Shown: one piece after another, positions 38,978-51,127 of the stretch
Numbering within the stretch: the first letter of the stretch is position 1
How the letters are laid out: every line of letters starts with the position of its first letter
Assembly: GCF_006345805.1 (NCBI RefSeq)
Contig: NC_043010.1
Coordinates: 62,372,001 to 62,436,000 of the forward strand
DNA length: 64,000 bases
From: Octopus sinensis
Taxonomy: Eukaryota
Direction: 5' to 3'
Position numbers and translations under genes: made by a program
Notes under the pieces: generated by a model
The model's input: only the letters and a program-made list of their open reading frames with translations
The model's database searches: none
What the model was told of the DNA's origin: nothing

Positions 38978-40899
38978 ATAGGAAAAGGAAAGATCCAAAG
39001 AAGAGAAGACGGAGGAAAAAAATCGCCAACGGTACACACGCGTTCACATTTTGATATATATATGTATATATATAAAATCACATAGAAATATGTGTGCGCA
39101 TGTGCACCTGCAAATTATATAATTATACAACAGAAAGCATTACAGGTGTGTATTCTACATTGTCAATATCCACGTGGCTGGGGCCTGAAACATTTGCCCA
39201 ATGTCTTAGAAATGTTTCCTGTGATGGACAAATGTTGTTAGCTTCTAAGGAAAAGTTGGTTAAGATTTATGTCTTCTCTGTCACAGACCATAAAAACCAA
39301 TGTTAAGCATTGGTTCTGAAAAGTCTCCTGAACGTTTTTAAGGGAGATTTGCAAGGACCCAAAGGTGTGAATTCTCAATCTCTTTGATTTCACGGTACAC
39401 TGGAGGAAGACAAAAAAATTACCAACTCACTTTCCATGGAAACAGTTCTGTTCTGAATATAAGTATTTACTTCCCTGTAACTTAGTGGTTCAGCCAAAGA
39501 GACTGATGGAATAAGTACAAGGCTTCATGCAAAAAAAAAAGTGTGAAAATCAAGTACTGGGATCTATTTATTTGACTAAATTCTTCAAGGTAATACTCCA
39601 GCATGGCCACAGACTAATGGCTGAAACAAGCAAAAGATAAAAGAGAAGATAAAACTCTGACTTACCTTGCTTCAGAAACCATATTCATGTAAAACAAAGT
39701 TATGTCTTGTCATAAGTTATGACATGTCTTAAAAGATAGTCAGTCATTAATTGGTCTTTTGCAAAAACTGGAAATTACATTTGTAAAAATCTGTGCTGAG
39801 GCATGATATCTTTTGTGGTGTGCCAGTGTGCCAGTGTGCCATGGGTGTTGGGCACTGTCTGTAAACAACTTTTCTAGAGATCTGTAAGAGTCCATTGTCA
39901 AAATTATTAGAGAGGGTAACAGTTCCAGAGGTTTGGGTCCAGAGTTCAAATCCTACTAAGGCCAATTTTGTTTTTCATTCCTTCCTGTGGTGGAGATATG
40001 CATGGCTCTGTGGTAAGACGTCTGCTTCCTAACCACATGGTTCCAAGTTCAGTTCCACTGCATGGAACCTTGGGCAAGTGTCTTCTACTAGAGTCATGGG
40101 CCAACCAAAGCCTTGGTAGACAGAAACTGAGAACATGTGTGTGTGTGTGTCTGTGCTGCTTCCCTACTACTATTTGGCAACTGGTGTTGCTACGTTTACA
40201 TCCTTGTAACTTAGCAGTTCAGCAAAAGAGATCAACAGAATAAGTACCAGGCTTAAAAAAACCGTCCGGGTGGGGTGGGGGTCTTTCTGTCTTTTTCTTT
40301 CTGTCAGAATTGTCAGCGGCCCCTTTAAGGCCCTCCTAAGGGAGAAAGAACTGATTTAGGATGTAGTCACATCTTCCATTTCCACTGAACACGTTACATA
40401 AACTGGACAAAGACACCTTAGAACAAGGTGGACGGTGACAGATCAATCTGTGTGGACCGTCAGTGGATGTTGTCGAGCAAGAAGTTTTTGTTCAAATAAA
40501 CAGACTGAGCATGCCGTGGCAAGACAGGGATTTTAAAACACCACACCATCCTGGGCCCTGTCTCACAACACCACACCATCCTGGTCCCTGTCTCACAACA
40601 CCACCCCCAGCTCTCAATATGCTACACACCACTCTTCCTTACTTTGGCATGCATATCGCAGAGCAACTTATTACGCCACACCCCTCCACATGTGACCACC
40701 CCCAAACATATTACACTACACCCACACTACATCTCACAGAGCACCACTCACGCCACAACATGTACTACAACACATCATGCCAAACCATACCACACACCAC
40801 TGCTCACCAGTCCATCCTTGCCATCTCCATCTTTTTTCCCAATCAACTTGTGTTCAATATAGTTAGCTGTTTACTGTCGCTAGAAGCTAGTTTACTACC

Positions 40900-41521
40900 A
40901 CTGTGGCTACAGCGACCATACTACAACCCTGCTGTTACTGCAGCCAATGCTACCACACTGTTGCCAACAACCACTAACTTCAACACCGACAACAACAATG
41001 ACGATAACAATGAGAAAAACCATTATCTTCACCACCACCACCACCACCGTCACCTACAACACCGCCAACACCCCCACCACCACCAATATCACTGCCACCA
41101 CCACCACCATCAACACCACCACCACCATCACCGACACCAACACCATCACCACCACCACCAACACCGCTACCACCACCACCACACCATCACCGCCACCACA
41201 ACCACCACCACCATCACCGCCACCACCACCACCACCACCACCATCACTACCACCACCGCCACTACCACCGTCACCCACACCACTATTGACATAGCCATTG
41301 TAATAGGTGTTATCATTGCAACCATCACCACCACCACCATCACCGCCGCCGCCACCCCATCCCCATCACCGACGCCACCGTCACCACCACCACCACCATT
41401 GTACATCATTAGTAATAAACATCATCACCATCACTACCACTATCAGCATAATTGCCATAATCAGCACCAGCCTCCATCGCCATCACTACTAATGACTACC
41501 ATTAACTACTAACTACTACTA

Positions 41522-41556
<35 letters not shown>

Positions 41557-41596
41557 CACCACCACTACTACTACTACTACTACCACCACCACCACC

Positions 41597-41637
<41 letters not shown>

Positions 41638-41673
41638 CACCACACCACTACTACTACTACTACTACTACCACC

Positions 41674-41705
<32 letters not shown>

Positions 41706-41897
41706 CACCACCACCACCACTACTACTACTACTACCACCACCACCACACCACCACTACTACTACTACTACCACCACCACCACCACCACTACTACTACTAC
41801 TACTACCACCACCACCACCACCACTACTACTACTACTACTACCACCACCACCACCACCACTACTACTACTACCACCACCACCACCACTACTACTACA

Positions 41898-41935
<38 letters not shown>

Positions 41936-42455
41936 CGTCGCCTCCGCCATCGCCACCCTTTCTGCTGCTGTCATACATCATCCTGTTCCCCCCCCCCCGA
42001 CAGCAGTATCATCATCGTTATCGACACAACCATCTCTACCAACAACCAGCGTCGTCATCATCATCATCATCGTCATCGTCGTCATCATCATCATCATCGT
42101 CATCGTCGTCATCATCACTACCACCATCATCAATCAGCATGACACTGCCACTACCACTAAACCACCACCACCACCACCACCACCACCACCACCCCATTCC
42201 CAATTTGTCATTTCCAATGGGTGATGTGAGGTAATGATGATGATGATGATGATGATGATTACTGAGATACGAGTGGATGCGATGGTGGTGAGATAGTAGC
42301 AGTAATGGCTACGATGGTTGTGATGGTGATGGTGGTGGTGGTTGGTGAAGGTAGGAGGAGGAGGAGGAGGATGATGACGATGATGCTGATGTTGATGGTG
42401 ATAACCTAAATGATGCTAATATATGATAACAGTGATGAGTAAGGTTTGTGGTAAC

Positions 42456-42488
<33 letters not shown>

Positions 42489-42552
42489 GGTGGTGGCAGT
42501 GATGATGATGGTGGTGGTGGTGGTGGTGGTAGTAGTGATGGAGATAACCAAG

Positions 42553-42585
<33 letters not shown>

Positions 42586-43171
42586 ATAATGAAAATGATG
42601 GTGTTGTAGTCAATTATGATGATGAAGCTGATAAGAACGAGGATGATGAGGATGATGATAACGATGAGGGGGGGGGGTAATGGCAGTAGTGATAGTGATG
42701 ATGATGATGATGATGATGAACGTGATGGTGGCGTTGTTGTTGTTGCTGAGAATGATTGATGATGGTGGTGGTGGTGGTGGTGGTGGTGGTGGTGGTGGTG
42801 GTCATACTGCCAGTGACAGTGATAATATCAGCGTCTGAACTATGACAACAACATCCCCCCTCCGCCATCCCCCCTCTTTACAGTTACTGTCCCCTAATTA
42901 CTCGATTCCTCCCCCCCCGTCTTCCCTCCCCTCACACACACACACACACCAATCATTAAAGCGCTTTTCTATCATATCTCCTTGGTCCACTCCCTTTCTC
43001 GCTTTTAACTCCCTGTATTGTTATCCTCTTCGAAATCACCACCACCAACAACAACAATAACAACAACACCATCATCATCATCATCATCACCACCTCCATC
43101 ACTGCTACTCCTCCTCCTCATCATCATTACCCCCCCACTTCCTCCTGCACATCATCATTAGGCTTCACCCC

Positions 43172-43202
<31 letters not shown>

Positions 43203-43210
43203 GCCATCAA
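40900..43210. repeat. Third compound trinucleotide island with an internal strand-polarity flip
   Basis: CAC/TAC/CAT to about 42200, GAT/GGT at about 42225-42805, and CAT again from about 43035. Confidence 0.93.
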
Positions 43211-43761
43211 TGTCGTATTTTTTAAAATTATTGATTACTGAGTGAAGGGGACAGTGCCCATGTCACATGCGGACCCTTCCAAGCTGTCACAGTCAATATG
43301 GTTAGTGTTTAGTTCAAACATCTGTGGTGCCATGAATCCCGGGTTCCAACCCTGGCAAAGTCAAATTTGTCTTTTGTAGTTTTTCAAAAATAATACCACT
43401 CTAATATAGGGGCCGACTCTTGTCCCTTGTTTTTTACTCCCTGGATTACACCTGTATCCTTCAAAAATTCCACGTTTCCCTAAATTCACCAACATTTTTC
43501 CAGATAAACCTATGCACCCTTTCCTATTTTTGACCCCTTTACTGTTCCCTTTTCTATCTTCTTGTGATCACAGGTTCAAGAACAGAGAATGCAGAGGGTG
43601 CAAAAACAGCTCCTAGGATTTTTAAGGGGTGATGAAAAGGATTTGAACATCCTCCCGAAAAACTTCCATCACCAAAACGAAAGAGCAGAGAAACATTTTG
43701 GAAATTGATTTGTAACATTACTTTTCTATTATTGAATTTATTCTGTCTGAGTGATGGACAA

Positions 43762-43805
<44 letters not shown>

Positions 43806-43839
43806 TTAATAATAATAATAATAATCATCATCATCATTA

Positions 43840-44201
43840 TTACCTCCACCATAGCGAAGGCAGGGGTATTGTTTTCAGTTGTGTTTGTTTGTTTGTCCGT
43901 GGACAAGATATCTCAAGAACTGCTGGATGGATTCGGATGAAATTTTCAGGGATGTTTGACCTCATGACTGGCACAAACTGATTAGATTTTGGGATCAATC
44001 CAGTACCGGACAAGGATTCTGGATTATTTTTCCAGTTTTTTTTACTTCATTTTTGAGAGTGGTCATATTCATTTTTAGTATTCTTGTTTGTGAGAGCAAT
44101 CGAGTTTGTTTCAGATATTCTCATTTTAAAAATCATCTCTGGTTAATCATTGAGAGGACATTGGTGTTGCCTTGGCAGAGGTTTGCGCTCTCCGAGTGCT
44201 C

Positions 44202-44203
<2 letters not shown>
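43840..44203 (+). mobile_element. Helentron-associated (DINE-1/HINE-like) non-autonomous element
   Basis: Subterminal inverted repeats ACCTCCACCATAGC / GCCTTGGCAGAGGT, a 3' mini-hairpin GCGCTCTCCGAGTGC, and a TT target in (TTA)n. Sister copy at 55472-55820. Confidence 0.65.
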
Positions 44204-44249
<46 letters not shown>

Positions 44250-44517
44250 TGTGGTTGGGAAGCATACTTCTTACCACATGGCCATGCCTGCTCGCCCTTC
44301 CCCCTCAAAACTGCTGGCCTGGTGCCTAAATCAGAAACCATTACCAAAGGCAGAGAGCTGGTAGAATCGTTAGCCCAGCAGGCAAAATGTTTGGTCCTGG
44401 GGCTGGTCAGTTCCCCTAGAAACCCTTCGTCATGGCACCCCAGCAGGGTTGCAATCCAATAAGCAAAAAAACAAGATGAAGATGAAAGATATTGTTGGTC
44501 ACATCTTATTCCTTGCA

Positions 44518-44595
44518 CTCAGTCCAGAATGCATAGAAACTGACTCAGTCCAGAATACAAAGAAACTGACTCAGTCCAGAATACAAAGAAACTGA
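44518..44595. repeat. 26-bp tandem repeat x3
   Basis: CTCAGTCCAGAATACAAAGAAACTGA units; the first copy has 2 substitutions. Confidence 0.92.
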
Positions 44596-44849
44596 TGATG
44601 TCCACACCTTTATTAGCACTTCTAATTTGTTTCTGCACAGTGTCCAAGCCTTTACTTGGTGTTAATTTTAGGCCTGGTCAACAGTGATGCGCTGCAAGTG
44701 TGAATTTGGACTTTTGTCTACATCAACTGTTTCGGGTGTCGTTACAAATTAGGTGCAATATTTTTGTCTGTTGCCAACGTTTGTGATTCAGTTGCCTATT
44801 TTTATTACAGATCTTAAATCAATATTGTAAAGAATTAACCAGTTCTGCA

Positions 44850-45070
44850 ATGGCTCGTGCCAAAACGAAAAAAAAAAAATGATTACTTTTGAAAAATTTC
44901 CGGCAAAAAAAATGGATGAATAATTATTTCTTCAAAATAAAAACGGTGTGTGTCTTGTAAATATTCAGCTGCAGTCTATAAAAAAAAATACAGAAATCTT
45001 GAATGCCAGTATTTGACCAATTGCAAAGAATATGGAAAACTAAGAGGGACATTGTGTTTAGACAAACTAA
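44850..45070 (+). pseudogene. hAT (SPIN/Charlie/GTF2IRD2-like) transposase N-terminal fossil
   Basis: ATG MARAKTKKK, then frameshifted pieces FRQKKWMNNYFFKIKTVCVL and YRNLECQYLTNCKEYGKLRGTLCLDKL, resembling the F.EKW..DYFF….VCL.C……NL.RHY motif. Confidence 0.55.
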
Positions 45071-45396
45071 AATATGAAACATATCCTTGATACAAACAGC
45101 AATGAGTTTTTTGAAAGTCATGCGGTTGTGTTATGTTTTACATGTTGAATAATTAATAAAAGAAAGAATTATCTTCAATGAGGTTTATTAATAACGATTT
45201 TTAATATACATAATGTACAATTTGTTGTGCACATGTTACGTGTGTGATTTAAGAAGTAATGAATTGTCAGAAGATGAGAGCTGAAATGTCTCATACAAAT
45301 GTAGGACATAGTCTCTGGTTACAACAGGAAAAGTCTCTTAGAGAGAAAGTTGAAGAATGGAAATTATTTTATTAAACATGGCTCTAAAGACACATA

Positions 45397-45908
45397 CCGT
45401 AAATCCTCGAGCATAATCTGCATTTTTTTCCCAAAATTTAAAGATCAAAATCCCTAGTGCGTATTATACACGAGGTTAAAAATGAAAAATATTTTCTAAG
45501 CAATGTCCGAGTCTTTATTTGCTGTCCGGCAATGTTTATTCAGACACCTTTTGTGATGTCGGGCGCGAAAATACCTTAAGCTAAGCCTGAAAGCAATGAA
45601 GATATAAAAGAATCATCCATAAATTGCAGTAAGCAACATTTATTAAAAGTTATTACTGTTATTTCTTTATTTGCTGCAAACAAAATGCACAAAAAAGCTA
45701 CACGTTTGCATTATGTTATATATACAATAATAATAAAGGACGTTACCGTATACATTTTTACAAACCAAGGACATAATATAGACCTCCTTGATTCAAGTTA
45801 GAGAAGGGGTGCATATTACACATAAGGTTTAGGTTTTTCAGAGGTACAGCCCCCTAAAAATCCCCTGCGTATTATACTCAAGGGTGGACTATACTCGAGG
45901 ATTTACGG
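45397..45908. mobile_element. Tc1/mariner-superfamily (Tc2/pogo-like) MITE
   Basis: TA|CCGTAAATCCTCGAG … CTCGAGGATTTACGG|TA. The 15-bp TIR is perfect and extends to 20/22. A subterminal GCGTATTATAC repeat is present at both ends. Confidence 0.88.
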
Positions 45909-46564
45909 TAGCCTTTATAACAGTGAGAGAGTTCCCTTTAAAGAACTGAACTCTAGAGTTTTATAAGTCTACCAAAAGGTTCCAGAATGTCCCTTGAGAC
46001 CTTTAGGCATGAAAATTAAAAGACTTTTCTTTTTGGCTATCAACAGCCATCAAAACCAGATGTCAAACATGATTGGCTGGAAAAATTGTTAGCAGGTGTT
46101 ATATTAAAGTTCAGGAATGCAGCCAAAATTAAGTTTAGGCCTAAATTACCAAATTTAGTAATATTATTCACCAGTTCTGACTTTCAAACTTAAACATTCT
46201 AGGTTCAAATTGAAACAAGGTTACCTACTACAGACATATTATCAAAGACAATTCTGTACTTTGCATCTGTAATTCAAGTGTATTTATGAAATGTTTGAGC
46301 TAACAAGAAAGAAAGTGAAAGTACTGGCTGAAATTACGTAAATGTCGTAAAGGTACATAAGCTAGTGGTTGGGGTGTTTGGCTCATAATCATAAGGCTAT
46401 GAGTTCAATTCCTAGATCAGAGTAGTGCATTGTGTCCTTGAGTGGGACCCATTATTGTATGTTGTGTTGCCTTTATTTAGTTGGAAACAAGTATCATTCT
46501 TGTGCTTCTGTAATCCTCTTTCCGTCCAGCCATTACATCCTGCAGGTGCTGCTGGCTCAAGAGT

Positions 46565-46722
46565 GAGACACCCAGTACACTGGGTAAAGTGGTTGGCATT
46601 ACGAAGGGCATCCTGCTATAGAAACTATGCCAAAACAGGCAATTGAAGCCTTTTGCAGGTCTCCAGCTTGTCAGCACCCTTCAAATCACCCAACGCATGC
46701 CAGCATGGAAAACAGACGTTGA

Positions 46723-46764
<42 letters not shown>

Positions 46765-46860
46765 GTGATGATGATGGTGATGATGGTGATGATGGTGATG
46801 ATGATGATGATGATGATGACGACAACGACGACGACGACGACAACGACGATGATGAAGATG
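46565..46860 (+). mobile_element. RTE-type 3' tail with (GAT/GGT/GAC)n tail expanded to about 140 bp
   Basis: GGTTGGCATTACGAAGGGCATCC…GCATGGAAAACAGACGTTGAA followed directly by the array. Confidence 0.75.
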
Positions 46861-47490
46861 ACTTTACCTTCCAGTAATGAGTGCACTTTCTTGCCTTTGT
46901 CTTCAGTCGTTCATGACTCCACCATAGCATATTTACCTACCAGATTGGCAGGCTGAAGGTTAGGGCCTCAAAGTCAAGGAGGGACCTCCAGTCAAGTTTT
47001 ATAGACAATCCTTGTCATAAGAGGAGGAGAAAAAAATGAAAGTAAATTGGTCATCAGCCATCATTTGGAAGCTGGGTTTTGTCCATTAACGAGGACGGCC
47101 AGATCTACCTCAGTTTCATATCAACTGTCCTCACACCATCTTGCCTGGTTCTGGGCATCCTTCCTTCTCAAGCCAACCCTCCCAATCTCCTCCTCCACAT
47201 TTTCCTTGGGCTACCTCACTTTCACTGTCCATTTACCACACTCTCAGAAGGGACAAAAAGTGACATTGGATAATTTCATGTCACATAACCAATATAAAGA
47301 AGGGACATATACTTAATATAACACACGTTTGACATGTAGTCTACGGCCATAAAAAAAAGTGGAAGTAAATTGTCCTAAAAATGATGAAAGTAAATTGCGA
47401 CAGAAACCGGAAGTCACGATAACGACAGCCTATAATTTCTTGTAAACAATGTATGTGACATAACCAACGTGTAGAATGTTCATATATTTA

Positions 47491-47778
47491 ACTAGCAGTA
47501 TCGCCCGGCGTTGCTCGGATTTGTAAGGGAAATAACTATATAAGCATTTTTAGAGAGTTACTTCCCTTATATAATAGCAAAAAAATGGGAAAAAATTATG
47601 GTAAATTTTTTTTTTAATCGTAGACTCATCGTAGACGCGTGCTATTTCAGATAGGCTCGATATGAATCACGACTATAAGATACCCGGTTTTGGTTAAACT
47701 GCACCGCAAAATGTGGGAGTAGTTAGGAATCTAAATCGTAGGAGACAGACACACAACCTTTCTTTTATATATAAAGAT
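47491..47778 (+). mobile_element. Internally deleted Helitron/Helentron-type element
   Basis: Both ends match 22341-22849. Confidence 0.65.
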
Positions 47779-47984
47779 ATAGCATCAAAACCGTACACAT
47801 ATTTTATGTAAGATGAAAATAATTACACTCCCCAGTGGTGTTCGTAGCTAGGAGCGGTGTATTTCAGCTACTAATTCTGTAATGTTTAATATTTCGTTTG
47901 AAAATACTTTAGGTGTAGAAGCCTGCAGACGTAATATAACGAGAAAGTTCTTTTCGTTCTTTTTATGAAATTCTGGGATATCAC

Positions 47985-47999
47985 TTACGTCACTTCCGG
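47985..47999 (-). promoter_or_regulatory. Composite ETS-CRE motif (CCGGAAGTGACGTAA)
   Basis: The plus strand reads TTACGTCACTTCCGG. A second CCGGAAGT lies at 47407-47414. No transcript evidence. Confidence 0.3.
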
Positions 48000-48046
48000 G
48001 TTCTATCGCATTCTACTTTCACTTTCTTTAAGATAATTTACTTTCG

Positions 48047-48447
48047 CTCTCAATAGCAATGTTCCACCTTCGAATGAGAGCATGTATCCCTGCCCCGTAA
48101 AAGTCTGTTGACTGTTCTTTGAGCCACTTCTTCACTGCAGTTTTCCCTTCCTCGTCACTGGAGTATCATTGTCACTGGACTATCATCCTTTTGGCCCCTT
48201 GAAAGAGGGTTTGAGAGGCAAACATTATTCCAGTGACGAGGAAGTGAAAACTAGTGAAGAAGTGGCTCAAAGAACAGTCAACAGAATTTTACGGGGCAGG
48301 GATACATGCTCTCATTCGAAGGTGGAACATTGCTATTGAGAGAAACGGTGACTATATTAAGAAGCAGGAAAGTGATCCACAGAGGACTCCTGTGTTGGTA
48401 ATTATTCCTGTCCTAAACAAAATGGTATTACTTTTTGACTCACTCTC

Positions 48448-48448
<1 letters not shown>
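48047..48448 (+). pseudogene. mariner transposase 3' fossil with inverted duplication and right TIR
   Basis: From 48178: DYHPFGPLKEGLRGKHYSSDEEVKT(fs)VKKWLKEQSTEFYGAGIHALIRRWNIAIERNGDYIKK. TIR-like TTACTTTTTGACTCACTCTCG ends at 48448. 48047-48162 mirrors 48229-48342. Confidence 0.85.
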
Positions 48449-48497
<49 letters not shown>

Positions 48498-48645
48498 TTT
48501 ATTAAAAAGCAGCAAAAATATCACAAAAACTATTACTCAGTTTCACATCCCAGTTCGTTGGACGATTATATATATATATATGTATGTGTGTGTAAATGTA
48601 TGTATGTATGTATGTGTGTGCGTGTGCATATATATATACCTGGCT

Positions 48646-48892
48646 GGTACTACTTGAGAACAGTGGTGGTGCGCGCACTCGCGTAGTCGCGCATCCGCGC
48701 TAGCTAGTCGTGACTAGTCGATCCTGCAACGACTACCTAGCAAAGTAAATAAAACACAAAAATACAAAATAAATAATTTTTTTACACAAAGTAAATAACA
48801 CACAAAAACACAATGTAAGGATCGACTAGTCATGACTAGCTAGCGTGGACGCGCGAGTGCGCGCACCGGGACCACTGTTCTCAAGTAGTACC
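48646..48892. mobile_element. Long-TIR, CpG-rich fold-back MITE of unassigned superfamily
   Basis: Perfect 22-bp terminal IR GGTACTACTTGAGAACAGTGGT. Imperfect symmetry continues for about 80 bp around an A-rich core. Confidence 0.75.
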
Positions 48893-51127
48893 TATATGGC
48901 GTGTACTGACTAAAGAAAATAGTCTAGTATTGGACCGTATAAACCCTCGACGGAAAAAAGCGTCGAGGGATTTTTTTTTTGTCAAAGTTTCTACAAGAAA
49001 CTTTATCTCATCGAACTTAAAATTTTAATCTCGGAACCATTCGACTAAACTTTATACAATTTGCTAACTTTTAAATTTCAGCCTCGGAGACTTGTCTATT
49101 CGAAACCCTAATCTCTCAGCTTACAACATCAGTTTTGTCGTTAAATAATATTTATTTATTTATTTTACCGGAATAAATTAACGGCTAAGATTTTAATGTA
49201 AATTATATAACACTGCGATTATCATTTGATAAGAACTGCAAGGCCCCCAGTTCACATTTAGCATACCACTCGTGTACAACGGGGAATCAGAAATTTGAAG
49301 GTACAAATTCTTCCACTTTTATATTGAAGTAGAGGAACAAGTATATAGATATATTCGACTAAGTGTATGTGTATACATATATATATATATTTATATAATT
49401 ACGGTAGGTGGTCATATTTTCTTTATTTATAATATAAATTGCTTTTTAATCTTCAGGTTTTCAGCACCGACTTAAATAATTTGATAGAGTTTTGGAGTAG
49501 ATATACATAGGAAAAGAAAGTGGGCATGTAATAATAATAATGATAAAATTGGCTGCTATTTCAAGCATGTCTATCGTCCATGTAGAAGCTTTTTTGACAC
49601 GCCACTGTTTATATTTATTTAGTGTTGGCAGGGCCGGTCCCTAGAATTTTTAGAAGGGATGGCACAAGGCCAGAAGGAAATACAATTCCAGAAGAAAAGG
49701 GCCTAATAGCATTATTTAGAAGGGCGCACTTCTTTTCTTCAGGTTGGCACTCGCCCCTCAGCAGCCCCGGATAGGTGTGATCAAATATATAATTCTATTC
49801 TTTTTATAATAAGTGTGGACTCTCACTGCAGAAGCACAAAGGCAGATATAGTCATTGGGAATATGGTGTTACTGCATTAACTTAGATATTTCGTATTTGG
49901 ATAACATCACTAAAGAGTCTTTACAAACTCTTCCAGCAGCATACTGACCTCTCACCGTAAATTCCTTGTGCAGTAGTGAAGAATAGAAATGGTATTACCA
50001 TGTGGTAAGATCCCGTTGCCGTCTAAAGACAGTTCTGCAAAGAACTGGAGGAAGAAAAAGAGGCGAAAACGGACCAACAACCTCAAGGATTGAGACAGAC
50101 AAATTCATTAACAGAGTCCGGAGCTCTGTTATGAAACCACAACACATAAGGACTGGTGTACAACATGTCGCCTCGACGTCCCTATATCAGGAGTTGAGAG
50201 CTTCTGGGGGAAGTTAGACCAGTAACGGCATGGAGTATGAAGCCCTAATTTAGATCAGTAACTATCAGCCATTCGCATTATCGAGTTTCTCATGAACCAA
50301 GAAGGGAAAGTTCTCTGCTATCGCTCTACCTCTTAGAAATAGCACTCACTTTACCCTGTCGTCTTTTAAAAAAATGGGACACCTAAGACAATATACATGG
50401 CAATTTTGACTGGGTGCTGTCACACACGGTTGCTTTATAGTTTCTGATATACAAAAAGACAAGATAGTTATGGTTGAAATGGTTTTATTCAAGGGTCAGC
50501 TTCACTCTGGGTTGACCTGGGTTTAAACAACATCTAAATTTTTTCACATAACCGGAGAATTATAGAAGAAGCTCTCTGCTGATCTGAAGTCGTCCCGGTT
50601 CCGCTTGTTGTTGAAACCATTTTACGTCACTAACATCATTTATATCCGCAATACCTGACCGTCAGTCCACCAATAGGTCAATGAAAACAACCCGACTTCC
50701 TTTATAAGCGACATTATGTAGGCTTTATACAATATGTCCTGCTTTGAACGTCTGGATTCTTAGCCGGGATTCGAGACCCAGTCTAAATTTTCCTATGAGT
50801 CTCTTCTTGTTCTAGACATTTGCACTTAGGAATTTAGGAGAGTCAATTGTCATGTTTCGATAAGTTCTATTGTTTCCTGGGGTTAAACAGGGTCCAAACG
50901 AGATAAAAGACGAAAAATCCTGTTTAGGCAAATATAAATACAGAATCCAAATTCAATTTTTCCTCATTCGCCTAGCTAAAGGATCACTTCACGCATAATA
51001 TGCCACCGTGGGGCTTTACAACTTTCACCCTCTCTACTCTTCAACCCCAAAAGGTAAAGTCTATTGCTCTTTCTCTCGCCTTCTTCCATCCGTCACAGAG
51101 AGGAGCATATTTACGAAATGGACTGCA

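Noticed and set aside
15693-41981. Long ORFs of poly-M/H/D/V/T/I (e.g. 15693-16505, 18959-19834, 31278-32180, 32364-33596, 40463-41512)
   Set aside because: They are open simultaneously in several frames and on both strands because of triplet microsatellites. No domains or splice support.
44518-44595. 26-bp direct repeats as CRISPR
   Set aside because: Contiguous tandem units with no spacers.
44590-44625. Other CTGATGA hits (44592, 35523, 62944) as hammerheads
   Set aside because: No helix II and no correctly placed GAAA…UH.
48944-48980. Bacterial rho-independent terminator
   Set aside because: The shape fits, but the context is eukaryotic repeat DNA with no bacterial gene upstream. Kept only as an unexplained structure.
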